A DNA stretch of 64,000 nucleotides from Patescibacteria group bacterium (GTDB lineage Bacteria; Patescibacteriota; Patescibacteriia; UBA9934): assembly GCA_038064675.1 (NCBI GenBank), contig JBBTSM010000002.1, positions 6,507 through 70,506 of the forward strand, read 5' to 3'. Below the pieces are notes generated by a model that ran no database searches, was not told the origin of the DNA, and saw only the letters and a list, made by a program, of their open reading frames with translations. The first letter of the stretch is position 1, and each line of letters opens with the position of its first letter. Made by a program: the position numbers and the translations under genes. Of the stretch, positions 1 to 9,942 are shown in pieces.

Positions 1-1
1 C

Positions 2-592
2 GACGTGTTGTCTGGAATGAGCGTCTCCCATCGAATCGACGTCGGATTGCACTCCTCGATTTCGATTGCCGCGCGAGTCCATGCCAATGCATCGCTTTCA
101 ATTTTTGTTATCGGCGATGTCGCATCCGATTGTGTGATCGATCGTGCAATCTCAGTAATCGGCGATTCCGCGTCTATTGAGCTTTCATCGTCGATCCGCA
201 CAAAAGGAAATACGCGATGCGCTATTTCCGATGATGTCGATATTGCCGCGAATGATTCGCGATGCGTTATTGACAATCGAGTGGTGGCGCACGATGCATC
301 TCGCGCTGTTATCCGTGAGCGAGTCGTCGTTCACCAGTCGGTAAACAGTGGAAGTATTGCGACAACAATTCGAGGAATGCTCATCGGAGAATCAGCGAGC
401 ATTCGTGCGATTCCTGAACTTGATATTGCAACGAATATGGTAAGTGCCAAGCACGCGGTAAGCATCGCTCGACCAAGCGCGCTGGCATTGGCATACTGCG
501 CATCACGGGGAATTGATCGCGAGAATGCGATGACGATGATTGCGGACGGCCTCTTATGCCCAGCAGGGTCGATGACTGATACAAAACTATGA
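2..592 (+). CDS. SufB/SufD family Fe-S cluster assembly protein (C-terminal part, 5' end outside window)
   Basis: Beta-helix style repeats are followed by the family C-terminal motif ...ALAYCASRGIDRENAMTMIADGL. It is directly upstream of and co-oriented with sufS/sufU/sufC. Confidence 0.6.
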   Translation, partial: DVLSGMSVSHRIDVGLHSSISIAARVHANASLSIFVIGDVASDCVIDRAISVIGDSASIELSSSIRTKGNTRCAISDDVDIAANDSRCVIDNRVVAHDASRAVIRERVVVHQSVNSGSIATTIRGMLIGESASIRAIPELDIATNMVSAKHAVSIARPSALALAYCASRGIDRENAMTMIADGLLCPAGSMTDTKL

Positions 593-1764
593 CGAACGAT
601 ATTGAAAACATCCGCGCTCAATTTCCAGGCCTTCGTCGAGACGTGGCGTATTTGGATAATGCGGCAACAACGCAAATGCATCAGTCCGCGATAAATGCGA
701 TGAATGCATATATTGTCGGAGGGCGATCGAATGTTGGTCGCGGACTGTACCCGATGGCGGAGGAAACGATGAGCCAGTACAACGCTGCGCGATTGGCGGT
801 TGCGAACTTCGTTGGAGCCGATGGTGGACGATGCGTTTTTACGAAAAGTGTCACCGAAGGACTGAATGTGATCGCGTTCGGATTGCGAGATCGATTACAG
901 CCGGGCGACGAGATTCTTGTTTCCGTCTTTGAACATCACGCGAATCTTTTACCGTGGCGATGTATTGCAAAGGAGCGCGGCGCGATTGTGAAAACGATGC
1001 CAATGCTCGCAGATTTTACGCTCGATCTTGAACGCGCAAAAGCGATGATGAATGATCGAACGAAGATTGTTGCGGTGACGATGATGTCGAATGTTCTTGG
1101 AGCAATGTTGCCGATCGCGGAACTCGCTCGTTGTGCACACGAGGTCGGCGCAATCATTGTCGTCGACGCTGCGCAGGCTGCTGCGCATCTTCCAATTGAT
1201 GTCGTTGATCTTGGCGTCGATGCTCTCGTCTTCGGATCACACAAATGTTACGGCCCAGCGGGAATCGCGGCGATGATTCTCTCGCTCGACCTCATCGATT
1301 CGATGGAACCGATGACTGTTGGCGGTGGAATGGTGGATCGTGTTACCGCCGATGGCGCAACGTGGCGACAAGGAATCGAAAAATTCGAAGGCGGCTCCCC
1401 AAACGTAGAAGGCGCGATCGGTTTTGCCGCGGCACTTGATTCGATTTCTTTCCCCGATGAGAAGCTTCGTTCTCGTCTTGTCGCCGATCTGAAATCGATC
1501 TCGGGTGTTACGGTTTTTGATCCTCCGGGTGCAGTCGGGATTGTCTCCTTCACTGTCAACGGCATGCATCCGCACGATGTTGCCGACATGCTCGGGCAAC
1601 GTGGCGTTTGTGTTCGTGCCGGGAATCATTGCGCCGCACCACTCGTGGAAAAGCTTTCTTCAACCGGAACGTTGCGTGCGAGTTTAGCGATGTATACCGA
1701 TGAACGAGATATCGAAGCACTCATCAGCAACCTCAAAGAGATTGTAAAGAAGGGGAAGGTGTAA
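589..1764 (+). CDS. sufS: cysteine desulfurase SufS (aminotransferase class V)
   Basis: The N-terminal motif FPGL..VAYLDNAATTQ is present. The PLP lysine motif SHKCYGPAGI is present. The catalytic Cys region near the C-terminus (RAGNHCAAPL) is present. Confidence 0.85.
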   Translation: MTNDIENIRAQFPGLRRDVAYLDNAATTQMHQSAINAMNAYIVGGRSNVGRGLYPMAEETMSQYNAARLAVANFVGADGGRCVFTKSVTEGLNVIAFGLRDRLQPGDEILVSVFEHHANLLPWRCIAKERGAIVKTMPMLADFTLDLERAKAMMNDRTKIVAVTMMSNVLGAMLPIAELARCAHEVGAIIVVDAAQAAAHLPIDVVDLGVDALVFGSHKCYGPAGIAAMILSLDLIDSMEPMTVGGGMVDRVTADGATWRQGIEKFEGGSPNVEGAIGFAAALDSISFPDEKLRSRLVADLKSISGVTVFDPPGAVGIVSFTVNGMHPHDVADMLGQRGVCVRAGNHCAAPLVEKLSSTGTLRASLAMYTDERDIEALISNLKEIVKKGKV

Positions 1765-1766
1765 CT

Positions 1767-2126
1767 ATGCTGCTTGAATACGAAAATCTTCTCGCACTTG
1801 CGAACCGTCAGAGCCGTCGAGGATTGATGGCTGATTTTTCTACATCGGCGACTGCGGTGAACGCGTCGTGCGGTGACGAATGTACCGTGTGGCTGAAGAT
1901 TGCGGACGACGAGATCGTCGATGTGTCGTTTGAAACAAAGGGTTGTGTGATTAGCCGAGCATCGGCTGCGGCGATTTCCGATGCAGTTATCGGTCCTATT
2001 GGTCAAATAGGACTTATGAATGGGAACAGCATCCGGTCGCTCCTTGGCGTTGCCGTGAGCCCGCTTCGTGAACGCTGTTTGACGACACCGTTGAAGGCAC
2101 TGCAAGATGCCATTTCTAAACTATGA
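1767..2126 (+). CDS. sufU: SufU/IscU-like Fe-S scaffold protein
   Basis: It has the NASCGDE motif and a second Cys in ETKGCVISRAS. Size and position after sufS fit a SufU. Confidence 0.7.
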   Translation: MLLEYENLLALANRQSRRGLMADFSTSATAVNASCGDECTVWLKIADDEIVDVSFETKGCVISRASAAAISDAVIGPIGQIGLMNGNSIRSLLGVAVSPLRERCLTTPLKALQDAISKL

Positions 2127-2770
2127 GTCTTGTTGTTGAGCATCTTTCAATTTCACGAAACGGGAAAGAAATTCTTTCCGATATTTCTTTTGCTTGCGCT
2201 CCTGGCGAACTTGTCGTGATTCGTGGAAAGAACGGAGCGGGGAAGAGTTCACTCTTCGTGGCATTGATGGCGTTGCCTGGTGTTGAAATCACTTCGGGGG
2301 ACTTTACGATCGGAGATAGGTCCTATTTGTCCAATAAGACCTATGAAATTGCGCGGGCGGGACTTTTTCTCGCGCACCAAGAGCCGCCAGCGATCGATGG
2401 TGTCTCTCTCGGCGTTGTTGCTCGTGCTGCGCTCGAAACCATGTGCGGCATTACCGAAGTTCCGGAAGCGCAACAGCGTATCCGTGAAATACTCGCCGAA
2501 CTTGGCTTGCCTGAAGACTTCGCGCATAAAACATTGCACTCTTCGATGTCTGGCGGCGAAAAGAAACGCGCTGAACTTTTTCAGCTTGTTCTCTTGAAGC
2601 CTAAATTCGCTTTGCTCGACGAAATCGACTCCGGTCTCGACTCTGCATCGTGCTCGATCGCGGCAACGGCGATCGCGAAGCTCCGATCAGAAGGTACAGG
2701 CTTCATCATTGTCACGCACTCGGATAGTTTCGCCGAGATTTTGAATCCAACGCGAGTCGTCGAGTTATAA
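2123..2770 (+). CDS. sufC: Fe-S cluster assembly ATPase SufC
   Basis: It has Walker A GKNGAGKSS. It has the ABC signature LSGGEKKR and Walker B LALLDEIDSGLD. It has the H-loop VTHS. Confidence 0.85.
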   Translation: MSLVVEHLSISRNGKEILSDISFACAPGELVVIRGKNGAGKSSLFVALMALPGVEITSGDFTIGDRSYLSNKTYEIARAGLFLAHQEPPAIDGVSLGVVARAALETMCGITEVPEAQQRIREILAELGLPEDFAHKTLHSSMSGGEKKRAELFQLVLLKPKFALLDEIDSGLDSASCSIAATAIAKLRSEGTGFIIVTHSDSFAEILNPTRVVEL

Positions 2771-2839
2771 AAACGAAAACCCGTCACGCCGACGACTTCC
2801 ATCGCCAGCGGCGGATGGGTTTCGTGAATGACGGGGGCG

Positions 2840-3435
2840 TTACGTGCTCCGAGTTCGTTCTTCCAGGGCCGCGAGCATCTCGAGGAGCCCAGGGTGCGTG
2901 ATGTTCGATCGTGTGAAAGCATTGAATTCTTCCGGGCGCGATGTGTGTCCCTGTTCTGCGTAGCAGACACCCTGCATGGCGCACTCGAGCTTATCGAGAT
3001 CAGCGAGAACTCGTGCTCCCTCCGATGTTCCGTCTTCGTACTCGAGCCAGAGCGCGTAGCACTCCGCGCCGAATTCGCCATGTGGCAAGAAGATATCGCG
3101 CATCACCGCGTCTTCGAGTACACGTTTTCCGCCTTGGCCTGCTTTCGCACTTCGGGTGGAAATGTGGCAGTTACGGCGTCCCCAGTGATGCATTCCGCGA
3201 CGTCGTGTACGAGTGCCATCGTTACCATTTTTTTGACGTCGAGCCTCAGCTTCGAAGCGATGACGAAGGCGAACATCGCGAGGGACCAGCTGTGGTCTGC
3301 GACGCTCTCCGCTTCCGGGACCGTGCGTGCCTGGAACGTGTCGCCCGGTCCGGGTTTTTTGTTCCAGCCAGTTCGTGCGGTTCGCTTGAGCCCCTCGAGG
3401 CGCATCATGAGTGCGAGAATTTCGACCATAGGCAC
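2840..3435 (-). CDS. HD-domain phosphohydrolase (YfbR-like 5'-deoxynucleotidase family); apparent frameshift
   Basis: The upstream ORF 3103..3435 carries the HD motifs ([20 protein letters not shown]). The downstream ORF 2840..3193 continues the family ([10 protein letters not shown]) in another frame. Together they are about 198 aa. Confidence 0.55.
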
Positions 3436-3463
3436 AGCCCTCTACCCCGAAATCTACCAGCTC

Positions 3464-3490
3464 TTAGCACTCTTCACAAGAGACTGCTAA
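3464..3490. promoter_or_regulatory. CIRCE-like inverted repeat (candidate HrcA operator) 20 bp upstream of clpP
   Basis: The sequence is TTAGCACTC-N9-GACTGCTAA. The consensus is TTAGCACTC-N9-GAGTGCTAA, so there is one mismatch. Confidence 0.45.
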
Positions 3491-3510
3491 GTTGGTACTA
3501 TTGTTTTACT

Positions 3511-4104
3511 ATGTCTGACATCCAATCCAACTACCTCATCCCATCGGTGATCGAGAAAACGAGTTATGGCGAGCGGTCGTACGATATTTATTCGCGATTG
3601 CTGAAAGATCGGATTGTGTTCCTTGGAACCGAGATTGACGACGGCGTGGCAAACGCGGTGATCGCCCAACTTTTGTTCTTGGAAAGCCAGGATAAAGAGA
3701 AGGAGATTACGCTCTACATCAATTCTCCAGGAGGATCGGTAACAGCCGGATTGGCGATTTACGACACCATGCAATATATCCAGCCAAAGGTGTCCACGAT
3801 TTGTATTGGGATGGCGGCGAGCATGGGCGCCGTGCTATTGGCCGCTGGAGCCCCTGGGAAGCGTTTTGCGCTCCCAAATGCTGAAGTGATGATTCATCAG
3901 GTGCTTGGTGGCGTGAAGGGCCAGGCAACGGATATTAAGATCCATGCCGACCGTATTTTGGCTGTTCGAGACAGTTTGAACGAAATCCTGTCAAAACACA
4001 CCGGAAAACCAATGAAAATTGTGGCGAATGACACCGAGCGCGACAACTTCATGACCGCGAAAGAGGCCCAGAAATATGGGCTTATTGACAAAGTGATCGC
4101 GTAA
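3511..4104 (+). CDS. clpP: ATP-dependent Clp protease proteolytic subunit
   Basis: It has a full-length ClpP signature. The catalytic Ser context is GMAASMGA. The His/Asp region is MIHQ. Confidence 0.9.
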   Translation: MSDIQSNYLIPSVIEKTSYGERSYDIYSRLLKDRIVFLGTEIDDGVANAVIAQLLFLESQDKEKEITLYINSPGGSVTAGLAIYDTMQYIQPKVSTICIGMAASMGAVLLAAGAPGKRFALPNAEVMIHQVLGGVKGQATDIKIHADRILAVRDSLNEILSKHTGKPMKIVANDTERDNFMTAKEAQKYGLIDKVIA

Positions 4105-4237
4105 AAGGTACAACGTGACTTCCTCCTACACTTTCTCCTGCGGTCACGACAAGCATGGGGATACAAGATTTTTGAGCACTTTGGCTTCGGCTGAACTGTT
4201 TCAATACTTTTATCTTCTTGACCGCAGAATAAAGGGT

Positions 4238-4359
4238 GGGAGGTTTTTATTTGGGCAATTTTGGGCTTGCAGTATCGAAAATTTTTTCAACGTACGATGA
4301 GTACGTCTCAAAAGTTTTTCTCACTGCGCACCCAAACTTGCCGCAAATAAAAACCTCCC
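4238..4359. repeat. structured inverted-repeat element (16-bp perfect arms GGGAGGTTTTTATTTG / CAAATAAAAACCTCCC, about 90-nt spacer with nested palindromes)
   Basis: The arms were read directly from the sequence. Nested IRs CGTAC-GATGA-GTACG and GAAAATTTTTTC lie inside. The region is non-coding and sits between convergent genes. Confidence 0.4.
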
Positions 4360-4396
4360 ACAATCGTAGTTAGGGCGTTCGATTTCGGTTCAAATC

Positions 4397-4436
4397 AAAA
4401 ACCCTCCGATTCCCTAGTAGTTTCGGAAGGTTTTTT
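4397..4436. terminator. bidirectional hairpin terminator between clpP and the convergent membrane-protein gene
   Basis: AAAAACCCTCCGA...TCGGAAGGTTTTTT has a stem with T/A runs on both sides. Confidence 0.5.
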
Positions 4437-4450
4437 GTTTGCTGTGTGGC

Positions 4451-6007
4451 TTAGCGGAGGTCGATGAGGTGTATCTCGGTTGGGCTGAAGGAACCATGGA
4501 TCTCACTGTCTACGCCGTGGGCGAAGAGCAGCCATTTGCCGTCGGTGCTGACCGTGATCGAAGCATCGCGACCGATATCGATTCCTTGTGGAGCATCGAA
4601 GATTTTCTTCTCGCCAACATATAGATCTGAGCAGAACATCGGCGCGCCGTTCCAAAGATCAACTCTCTGATCGGGGGTCATTGGCGGATCGGTCTGTAAT
4701 GCGTCTGTTGGGAAGTAGTGGCACCAGATGTTCACAATACTCGTCGACGAAGAGAAGCTCACGGTGTCTTCGATCCTTGATGTTATGTTGTACGAATCGA
4801 CGGATGCAATATTCGATATCGTAAAGACATGGTTGGGATACTGTTGGATTTCGAATGTACCACCAAGATCGGGATTGGAGAGGTGGTAGCTGAAGACGTT
4901 TTGAGATATGCGATTGAGGTATTTTGCCATTCCGTATAGCGGTCCAAGTTCCTGACGCTCGACCCGTTCGGAAATTGAAATATTCGGGAGATCAGACCAT
5001 GAGACGGAGAGTGTGCTTACCGTTGGCGGGAATGCAATGAGCGTGATGGTGTATACCGTTACTGCAAGCCAAGCCCATGGGAATGGTGTTGCGATCTTTT
5101 TCGCGCGGTCTCGGATCGCGAGTCCGACGAAGTACGCGCCAATCATTGCCACACCGCAGAAAATAATGCCCGTAATCCAGACAGTTGTCACTGGAGGGAT
5201 GATGTCTGAAAGGGTATTTGAGACGGTGAAGAGCCGATCAATGATCCATCGGAGCTCCGGAAGCCATCGAAGCTGTTGAATGGTTGGGTTATGTTGTGCG
5301 ATCGTTGAAAGGATGACGAAGACGGTGAAGATAATGGCGCTAACATTGAGCGGCGTGGATGATACCTTTCGTTCCGGATGTTTTTTCATGCTTTTTTCGA
5401 TCGCGGCTTTTTTGAGGAGATATCGTGTAGCGATGATCCCTGCGGTGATATTGATCAAACCAGCAAGGATGCTCGTGATGAGAAGATATGGTTTGTCGCT
5501 TGCACCGACGGTTGCATCGAACGCGGTAACGACTGAATAGACGAACGGAATGGTGATGATGAGGAAGGGGACTCCCGTCGCAATCGCGGTGATGGTTCGT
5601 GCCATTCGTCCACTTTCGATATGTCGGAAGATTGGTGCTAATGCATGAATGTACAGCGCGAGAAGAATCGCATACACCGGAACCGATACAGGTGTTGCGA
5701 TGATAAAAAATATCGTTGCAACAAACACAATCGGAGACGCGAGGAGTCCGACGCCGATAGCGTGGAGAACGAACGCTTGTGGCGATGTATATGTCATAGC
5801 GTGGCGGAATTCTTGGAGAATAAGTTTTGGTGAACCCAGATCGGCAAGCGCCTGTTCTTCTGCGATGGTTTCGGATTTCCCTTCGAGCGCACCAAAGTAC
5901 ACGGCATCTTCAAGGTGCGCGGAAAGTTCTTCTTGGAGGCGGAGCCCCCACACGTCGGCCGGAAGCTCTTCGGTTAAGACGTCGAAGAACGCGGTACGTT
6001 GGTTCAT
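4451..6007 (-). CDS. membrane protein (multi-pass core, C-terminal extracytoplasmic domain), co-transcribed with PadR regulator
   Basis: Hydrophobic helices run from about residue 80 to 290. There is no recognisable catalytic motif. There is a 4-bp overlap with the upstream padR-like gene. Confidence 0.5.
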   Translation of the reverse strand: MNQRTAFFDVLTEELPADVWGLRLQEELSAHLEDAVYFGALEGKSETIAEEQALADLGSPKLILQEFRHAMTYTSPQAFVLHAIGVGLLASPIVFVATIFFIIATPVSVPVYAILLALYIHALAPIFRHIESGRMARTITAIATGVPFLIITIPFVYSVVTAFDATVGASDKPYLLITSILAGLINITAGIIATRYLLKKAAIEKSMKKHPERKVSSTPLNVSAIIFTVFVILSTIAQHNPTIQQLRWLPELRWIIDRLFTVSNTLSDIIPPVTTVWITGIIFCGVAMIGAYFVGLAIRDRAKKIATPFPWAWLAVTVYTITLIAFPPTVSTLSVSWSDLPNISISERVERQELGPLYGMAKYLNRISQNVFSYHLSNPDLGGTFEIQQYPNHVFTISNIASVDSYNITSRIEDTVSFSSSTSIVNIWCHYFPTDALQTDPPMTPDQRVDLWNGAPMFCSDLYVGEKKIFDAPQGIDIGRDASITVSTDGKWLLFAHGVDSEIHGSFSPTEIHLIDLR

Positions 6008-6339
6008 ACGGCAAGATCGAGTGCGGTTGAGAGGCCTTGAACAAAGGCTCCAAGCTCGGCACGTCGATCCTTCAGTGCAGCTGCCCCAGGCTTTGTGATG
6101 CTGTAGTAGCGACGCTTTTTTCCGGTTGGCGACGACTTTTCCGTGCTTTCAACGAATCCGCGCGCCTCAAGACGATAGAGTAGGGGATACAGCGTACCCT
6201 CTTGGAATTCGAAGACGTTGTTGCTGCTTTCTGCAATCGATCGGACGAGCTCGTATCCATACGATTCCCCGTTCTTGGCGAGAATCTGAAGCACGAGCAG
6301 CTCTGCGGTCCCTTTAAGGAGTTCTGATGAGAATTTCAT
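6004..6339 (-). CDS. PadR family transcriptional regulator
   Basis: It has a winged-helix PadR signature: ELLVLQILAKNGESYGYELVRSI...EGTLYPLLYRLEARGFVES...RRYYSITKPG. Confidence 0.8.
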   Translation of the reverse strand: MKFSSELLKGTAELLVLQILAKNGESYGYELVRSIAESSNNVFEFQEGTLYPLLYRLEARGFVESTEKSSPTGKKRRYYSITKPGAAALKDRRAELGAFVQGLSTALDLAV

Positions 6340-6443
6340 AATGAGACGTTATGCATGACGTTACATACTTTGTATCACATAGTATTGAAGAGGTCAAATC
6401 CGGACCGGCAGAATCGTGGATTTACGCGATTAGGGTAGAATGT

Positions 6444-7103
6444 TGGTATATGACCGACGAGGATCGAATAGCACGGCAGGAGAGTGTCGAGGGGAACGAC
6501 CTTCCGGATGCTGCAATTGCTGAAGTTTTTGATGCGTACGAACGAGTGATTCCTTTGCCGAAAGCTCCTGGGGTAAAGCCCTGGATATTGTGTGTTGTGG
6601 GACTCGTGGGCGCCGGAAAGACTACAGTGGTGAAGCCGGTGAGCGAGCGTCTTGGCCTGGCGCGAGTTTCAAGTGATGAGTTGCGTGTTCTTCTTCGTGA
6701 TCGCGGCTACAATTTTTTGAGAACGCGCGAATTGGCAAAGATGCTCATCGAGAAATATCTCCGGCAAGGATTCGGTGTTTCTATCGACGCAGACAATGTC
6801 GATCCAGAACATCAGGCGATTTTGCAGAAGGCTGCCGACGCTGCTCAGATTCCCATTATTCGCATCCATATCAATCCGCCCGAGGCATTCATTCTTGATA
6901 AGCTACAAAATCGCATTCAATACGTGCCATCGGGAATTTTGGAGAACGCCGACGCTGCCATCGCGAACTATTTCCGTCGAAAACCTTTGCATGAGAAATA
7001 TCTTTCGCTCATCACATTCGATTGGGTTTTTGATACCTCAAAAGATAATCTTGCTCGGCAGATCGACGATTTCGTGACCGCGATGCACGGTCGGGGATTC
7101 TAA
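6444..7103 (+). CDS. P-loop NTPase / predicted kinase (AAA_33-like)
   Basis: It has Walker A GLVGAGKTT. The start is taken at MTDEDR because the longer ORF would abut the divergent padR start. Confidence 0.55.
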   Translation, partial: WYMTDEDRIARQESVEGNDLPDAAIAEVFDAYERVIPLPKAPGVKPWILCVVGLVGAGKTTVVKPVSERLGLARVSSDELRVLLRDRGYNFLRTRELAKMLIEKYLRQGFGVSIDADNVDPEHQAILQKAADAAQIPIIRIHINPPEAFILDKLQNRIQYVPSGILENADAAIANYFRRKPLHEKYLSLITFDWVFDTSKDNLARQIDDFVTAMHGRGF

Positions 7104-7133
7104 AACCTAAGATTCAAGACCTGATCCCTTCTG

Positions 7134-8993
7134 TTACTGCGAAATGACTTCGTCTGTTGGTGCGGTCGTGCTCGTGGCCTTGCCAACAAGGCAGGTTTCC
7201 GGAAGTGCGCGGTAGGTTGAGAGGTATGGGGTAACTTTGGTGGTGCCGTCGGCGTAGAGGACGGTGTAATCAAACGTGGCAACGGCTCCGGGGAAACCGT
7301 TTTGGCATTGTTCAACGCCTGGCGCAAGCGTGTCGGTTTCTTTGACCACTTTGGCTCCCATTGAGGTCCGCGAAAGAACGGTTGGCGGGTTGTAGCTTCC
7401 GGACCGGCCGTCTTTTGTGCCCCAGAACGTAAAGGTTACTGCGTTCAGTTCATCGTCGAATGATGTCACGAGGAGTGTGTACGTTGGCATGTCATTTTTG
7501 AACTTAAAGTCTGGTGCAGGGTCGTACAGCGTTGCGTCGGTTCCTGGATTGTCGTTGGTTACATCGTTGTAATAAGAAATAGCGAGGGAGTGGTTTCGTC
7601 GCTCCACCACCTCGAGCCCTGCATGCATCACGGCACGGAATGCCGTGGTGCCAAGCTGACAGAGCCCGCCGCCGACCTCCGGTTTAATCTCGTCGCCTTT
7701 AATAACGAGTTCGGAGAAATAGCCATCGTCAAGCGTAAAAGGACGAAGGTGCTCAAGCAGGGAGACGGTTTCGCCTGGGGCGATAAGAATGCCGTTGAGC
7801 TTTTCTGCTCCGTGCTTAATGTTTGCCTTTCGATTGGCGGTTGGGTGGGAGAATGTTGTGGTGGCCTCTCCAACAATCTCGCTAATACCAAGTCCGTTCG
7901 CGTCTTCCGTGCTGATACTTGGCATTTCTGTTCGTGTCGCGATGACGATCGGCGCATCGTCGGATGTCGCGGTTCCAAGTGCGGCTTCGAATGCCGCAAA
8001 AAATGCGTCGTCGTCCACAACGGTTCCATTTTTGCTTCCTTGGAATTCGTTTACCTTTCCGCCATCCAGGGTGAATCGAGCATTCTGCGCGCTGATGTCG
8101 ATGGTTTCGTGAAGTTCAGTGAGGAAATCCACCATTTTTTCCGGCTCAAGGCCAATCACCAGTCCTTGGTCCATGTCTTCGGTTGGGAAAATCCAGTCGG
8201 CGATAGTGCGCGTACTGACAGTCCACGTTTGTGGTTCGCCGCTCGCGTCGGTTCCGGCGATGGTGTATGGCGCCGCGGTGATTGCTGCAGAGGCAAGAGG
8301 GATGAGCGACGTTGCGTCCGATGCGGTCATGTATGGCGTGACCGGCATGGTGGCGACTGAGACAGGTTTGAGCGCAAGATCTTTTGCATCGGCAGCGATG
8401 CTCGTCATTGTGGATCCAAAGTTGAGCGTTTGGCCATTGGTTCCTTCGGTGACGGTGATGACAGGATCCTTGCCACGGGGGAGTGATACGTCAAAATCGG
8501 TGGCCGTGGCCTGGGTTTGCGCATCTGGGAATGCGGCGGCGATTGCTTCTTTCAGCCGATCTTCATTAACGATGACCGTTGCTGCAAACGACTTCTGACC
8601 GAAGAGTTGGAAGTACAGCGTCAGGATGCTGTCGATGGCCGGGTTACTGTTGTGGCCAACGGTAAGCGCCTCTTGTGCGGCAGCGCTCGGATCCCAATCT
8701 ACGAGATTGTACGCGACGTCGCTACCGTTTGAGCTAAAGAGATCGATGGTTTTTGTATCGTCACCAACCACGACGGGAAGGCCGGAGCTAATCATGGCAT
8801 CGTATGCTTTCTGGAGCGTTGATGTTGCGGCCAGTGCGTCCATGCCGGAAAGATTGATACCGGCTACAAAAATATTTTGTGCCACGCGACCTTTGTATGC
8901 GGCATGGGCATTCATGGCGAACATCGTCGTGGTAAAAAGCCCCGCAAGGAGGATGGTCAGGGCGATCAGGAGGGCTGCATGGACCTTTTTCAT
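7134..8993 (-). CDS. VanW family protein with N-terminal signal/anchor
   Basis: The N-terminal hydrophobic segment is MKKVHAALLIALTILLAGL. The VanW-type motif GGGLCQLGTTAFRAVMHAGLEVVERRNHS is present. Confidence 0.65.
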   Translation of the reverse strand: MKKVHAALLIALTILLAGLFTTTMFAMNAHAAYKGRVAQNIFVAGINLSGMDALAATSTLQKAYDAMISSGLPVVVGDDTKTIDLFSSNGSDVAYNLVDWDPSAAAQEALTVGHNSNPAIDSILTLYFQLFGQKSFAATVIVNEDRLKEAIAAAFPDAQTQATATDFDVSLPRGKDPVITVTEGTNGQTLNFGSTMTSIAADAKDLALKPVSVATMPVTPYMTASDATSLIPLASAAITAAPYTIAGTDASGEPQTWTVSTRTIADWIFPTEDMDQGLVIGLEPEKMVDFLTELHETIDISAQNARFTLDGGKVNEFQGSKNGTVVDDDAFFAAFEAALGTATSDDAPIVIATRTEMPSISTEDANGLGISEIVGEATTTFSHPTANRKANIKHGAEKLNGILIAPGETVSLLEHLRPFTLDDGYFSELVIKGDEIKPEVGGGLCQLGTTAFRAVMHAGLEVVERRNHSLAISYYNDVTNDNPGTDATLYDPAPDFKFKNDMPTYTLLVTSFDDELNAVTFTFWGTKDGRSGSYNPPTVLSRTSMGAKVVKETDTLAPGVEQCQNGFPGAVATFDYTVLYADGTTKVTPYLSTYRALPETCLVGKATSTTAPTDEVISQ

Positions 8994-9415
8994 ACGGACA
9001 GTTCGTTGCGGACTGGGAGATGAACGTCTCCGCGAGCTTTATTGAGGGTAATGGTGAGAATGCCGTTCTTGAGGCTTGCATCGGCGTCGTCTGGTGTAAT
9101 ACGGCAGGGAAGGATGATGGATCGTGAGAATGCGCCCCAGAAACATTCTTCGTAATGTACCGTGGCATTCAGGGGGAGTTTCGCGATGGACCGTTCGCCA
9201 CGTATCGTGACCATGTCTTCGTTGATGGTGATATGCAGGTCGTCCTCTGACACTCCAGCGATCGCGGATCGGATGATGACACGATCTGGTGTTTCGATGA
9301 CATCTACCGCCAATTGACCCTCAGTTCGTGCGAAATCAAATTCATCACCGACGCTTGTCGTATCGCGCTTCTTCGAAAACATATTGCTTGTATTGTACGG
9401 TATTTTTTTCTTCAC
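8990..9415 (-). CDS. Hsp20/alpha-crystallin family small heat shock protein
   Basis: It has an alpha-crystallin domain: AVDVIETPD...AIAGVSEDDLHITI..., GILTITLNKA. Confidence 0.8.
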   Translation of the reverse strand: MKKKIPYNTSNMFSKKRDTTSVGDEFDFARTEGQLAVDVIETPDRVIIRSAIAGVSEDDLHITINEDMVTIRGERSIAKLPLNATVHYEECFWGAFSRSIILPCRITPDDADASLKNGILTITLNKARGDVHLPVRNELSV

Positions 9416-9471
9416 GTCTCTTCATTGTTATGTGGATTGTTTGAAAGGTGATTTTGTGGTGAAATAGGCCT

Positions 9472-9831
9472 ATGAAATTTCTTCCCCGATGGATTGCGTC
9501 GGTGCTGACAATAGGCGTCGTTCTCACGCTTTCGTTTTGCGGCGCGATGGCGGCGACTGCAGCATCCTCCATGGCGACGCATGACGTGACGATAACTGAC
9601 GCGATGCATTGTTCTACCGATTCATGTCCGACATCTCCGGTGCCTTGTGTTACACAGTGTCTCCAAAAGCTTGATAGCGCACAGCAGCGAGCGCTTGTTG
9701 AGATCGTTGTCATTTTTAGCTTTCCAATTATTGCTTTGGTATTTTTTCGTCAATCTCGATCTCCTGAGTGGGTACAGACATTTTCGGCACCACCATGGCG
9801 GAGTCATCGGCTTTTTTCATTTCGAGAGTAA
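9472..9831 (+). CDS. small secreted/membrane-anchored Cys/His/Met-rich protein (possible metal-binding)
   Basis: It has a signal-like N-terminus. The MATHDVTITDAMHCSTDSCPTSPVPCVTQC segment follows. A C-terminal hydrophobic helix is present. It lies immediately upstream of the copper genes. Confidence 0.35.
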   Translation: MKFLPRWIASVLTIGVVLTLSFCGAMAATAASSMATHDVTITDAMHCSTDSCPTSPVPCVTQCLQKLDSAQQRALVEIVVIFSFPIIALVFFRQSRSPEWVQTFSAPPWRSHRLFSFRE

Positions 9832-9942
9832 GACGGTTAATCGACCTCGCCAGGCTCGGTCTTGGTGAAGACAGTTATCCAGTGTTTTTGATGAACGTTT
9901 AACCGCTTTAACCGAGGGGTGATCCCCGATTAACCTTTTAGT

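Noticed and set aside
1985-2345. Palindromic ATAGGAC/GTCCTAT-type motifs inside sufU and sufC (similar hits in copA about 12665 and tsaE about 30070) that looked like in-frame miniature insertions
   Set aside because: The encoded segments have the same length as the corresponding regions of canonical SufU, SufC and CopA. They are ordinary coding sequence. The motif recurrence is short and probably codon-usage coincidence.
2941-4104. Long plus-strand ORF (387 aa) apparently extending clpP upstream
   Set aside because: Only the last 197 aa are ClpP. The N-terminal part is antisense to the HD-domain gene and overlaps the CIRCE/promoter. The start was set at 3511.
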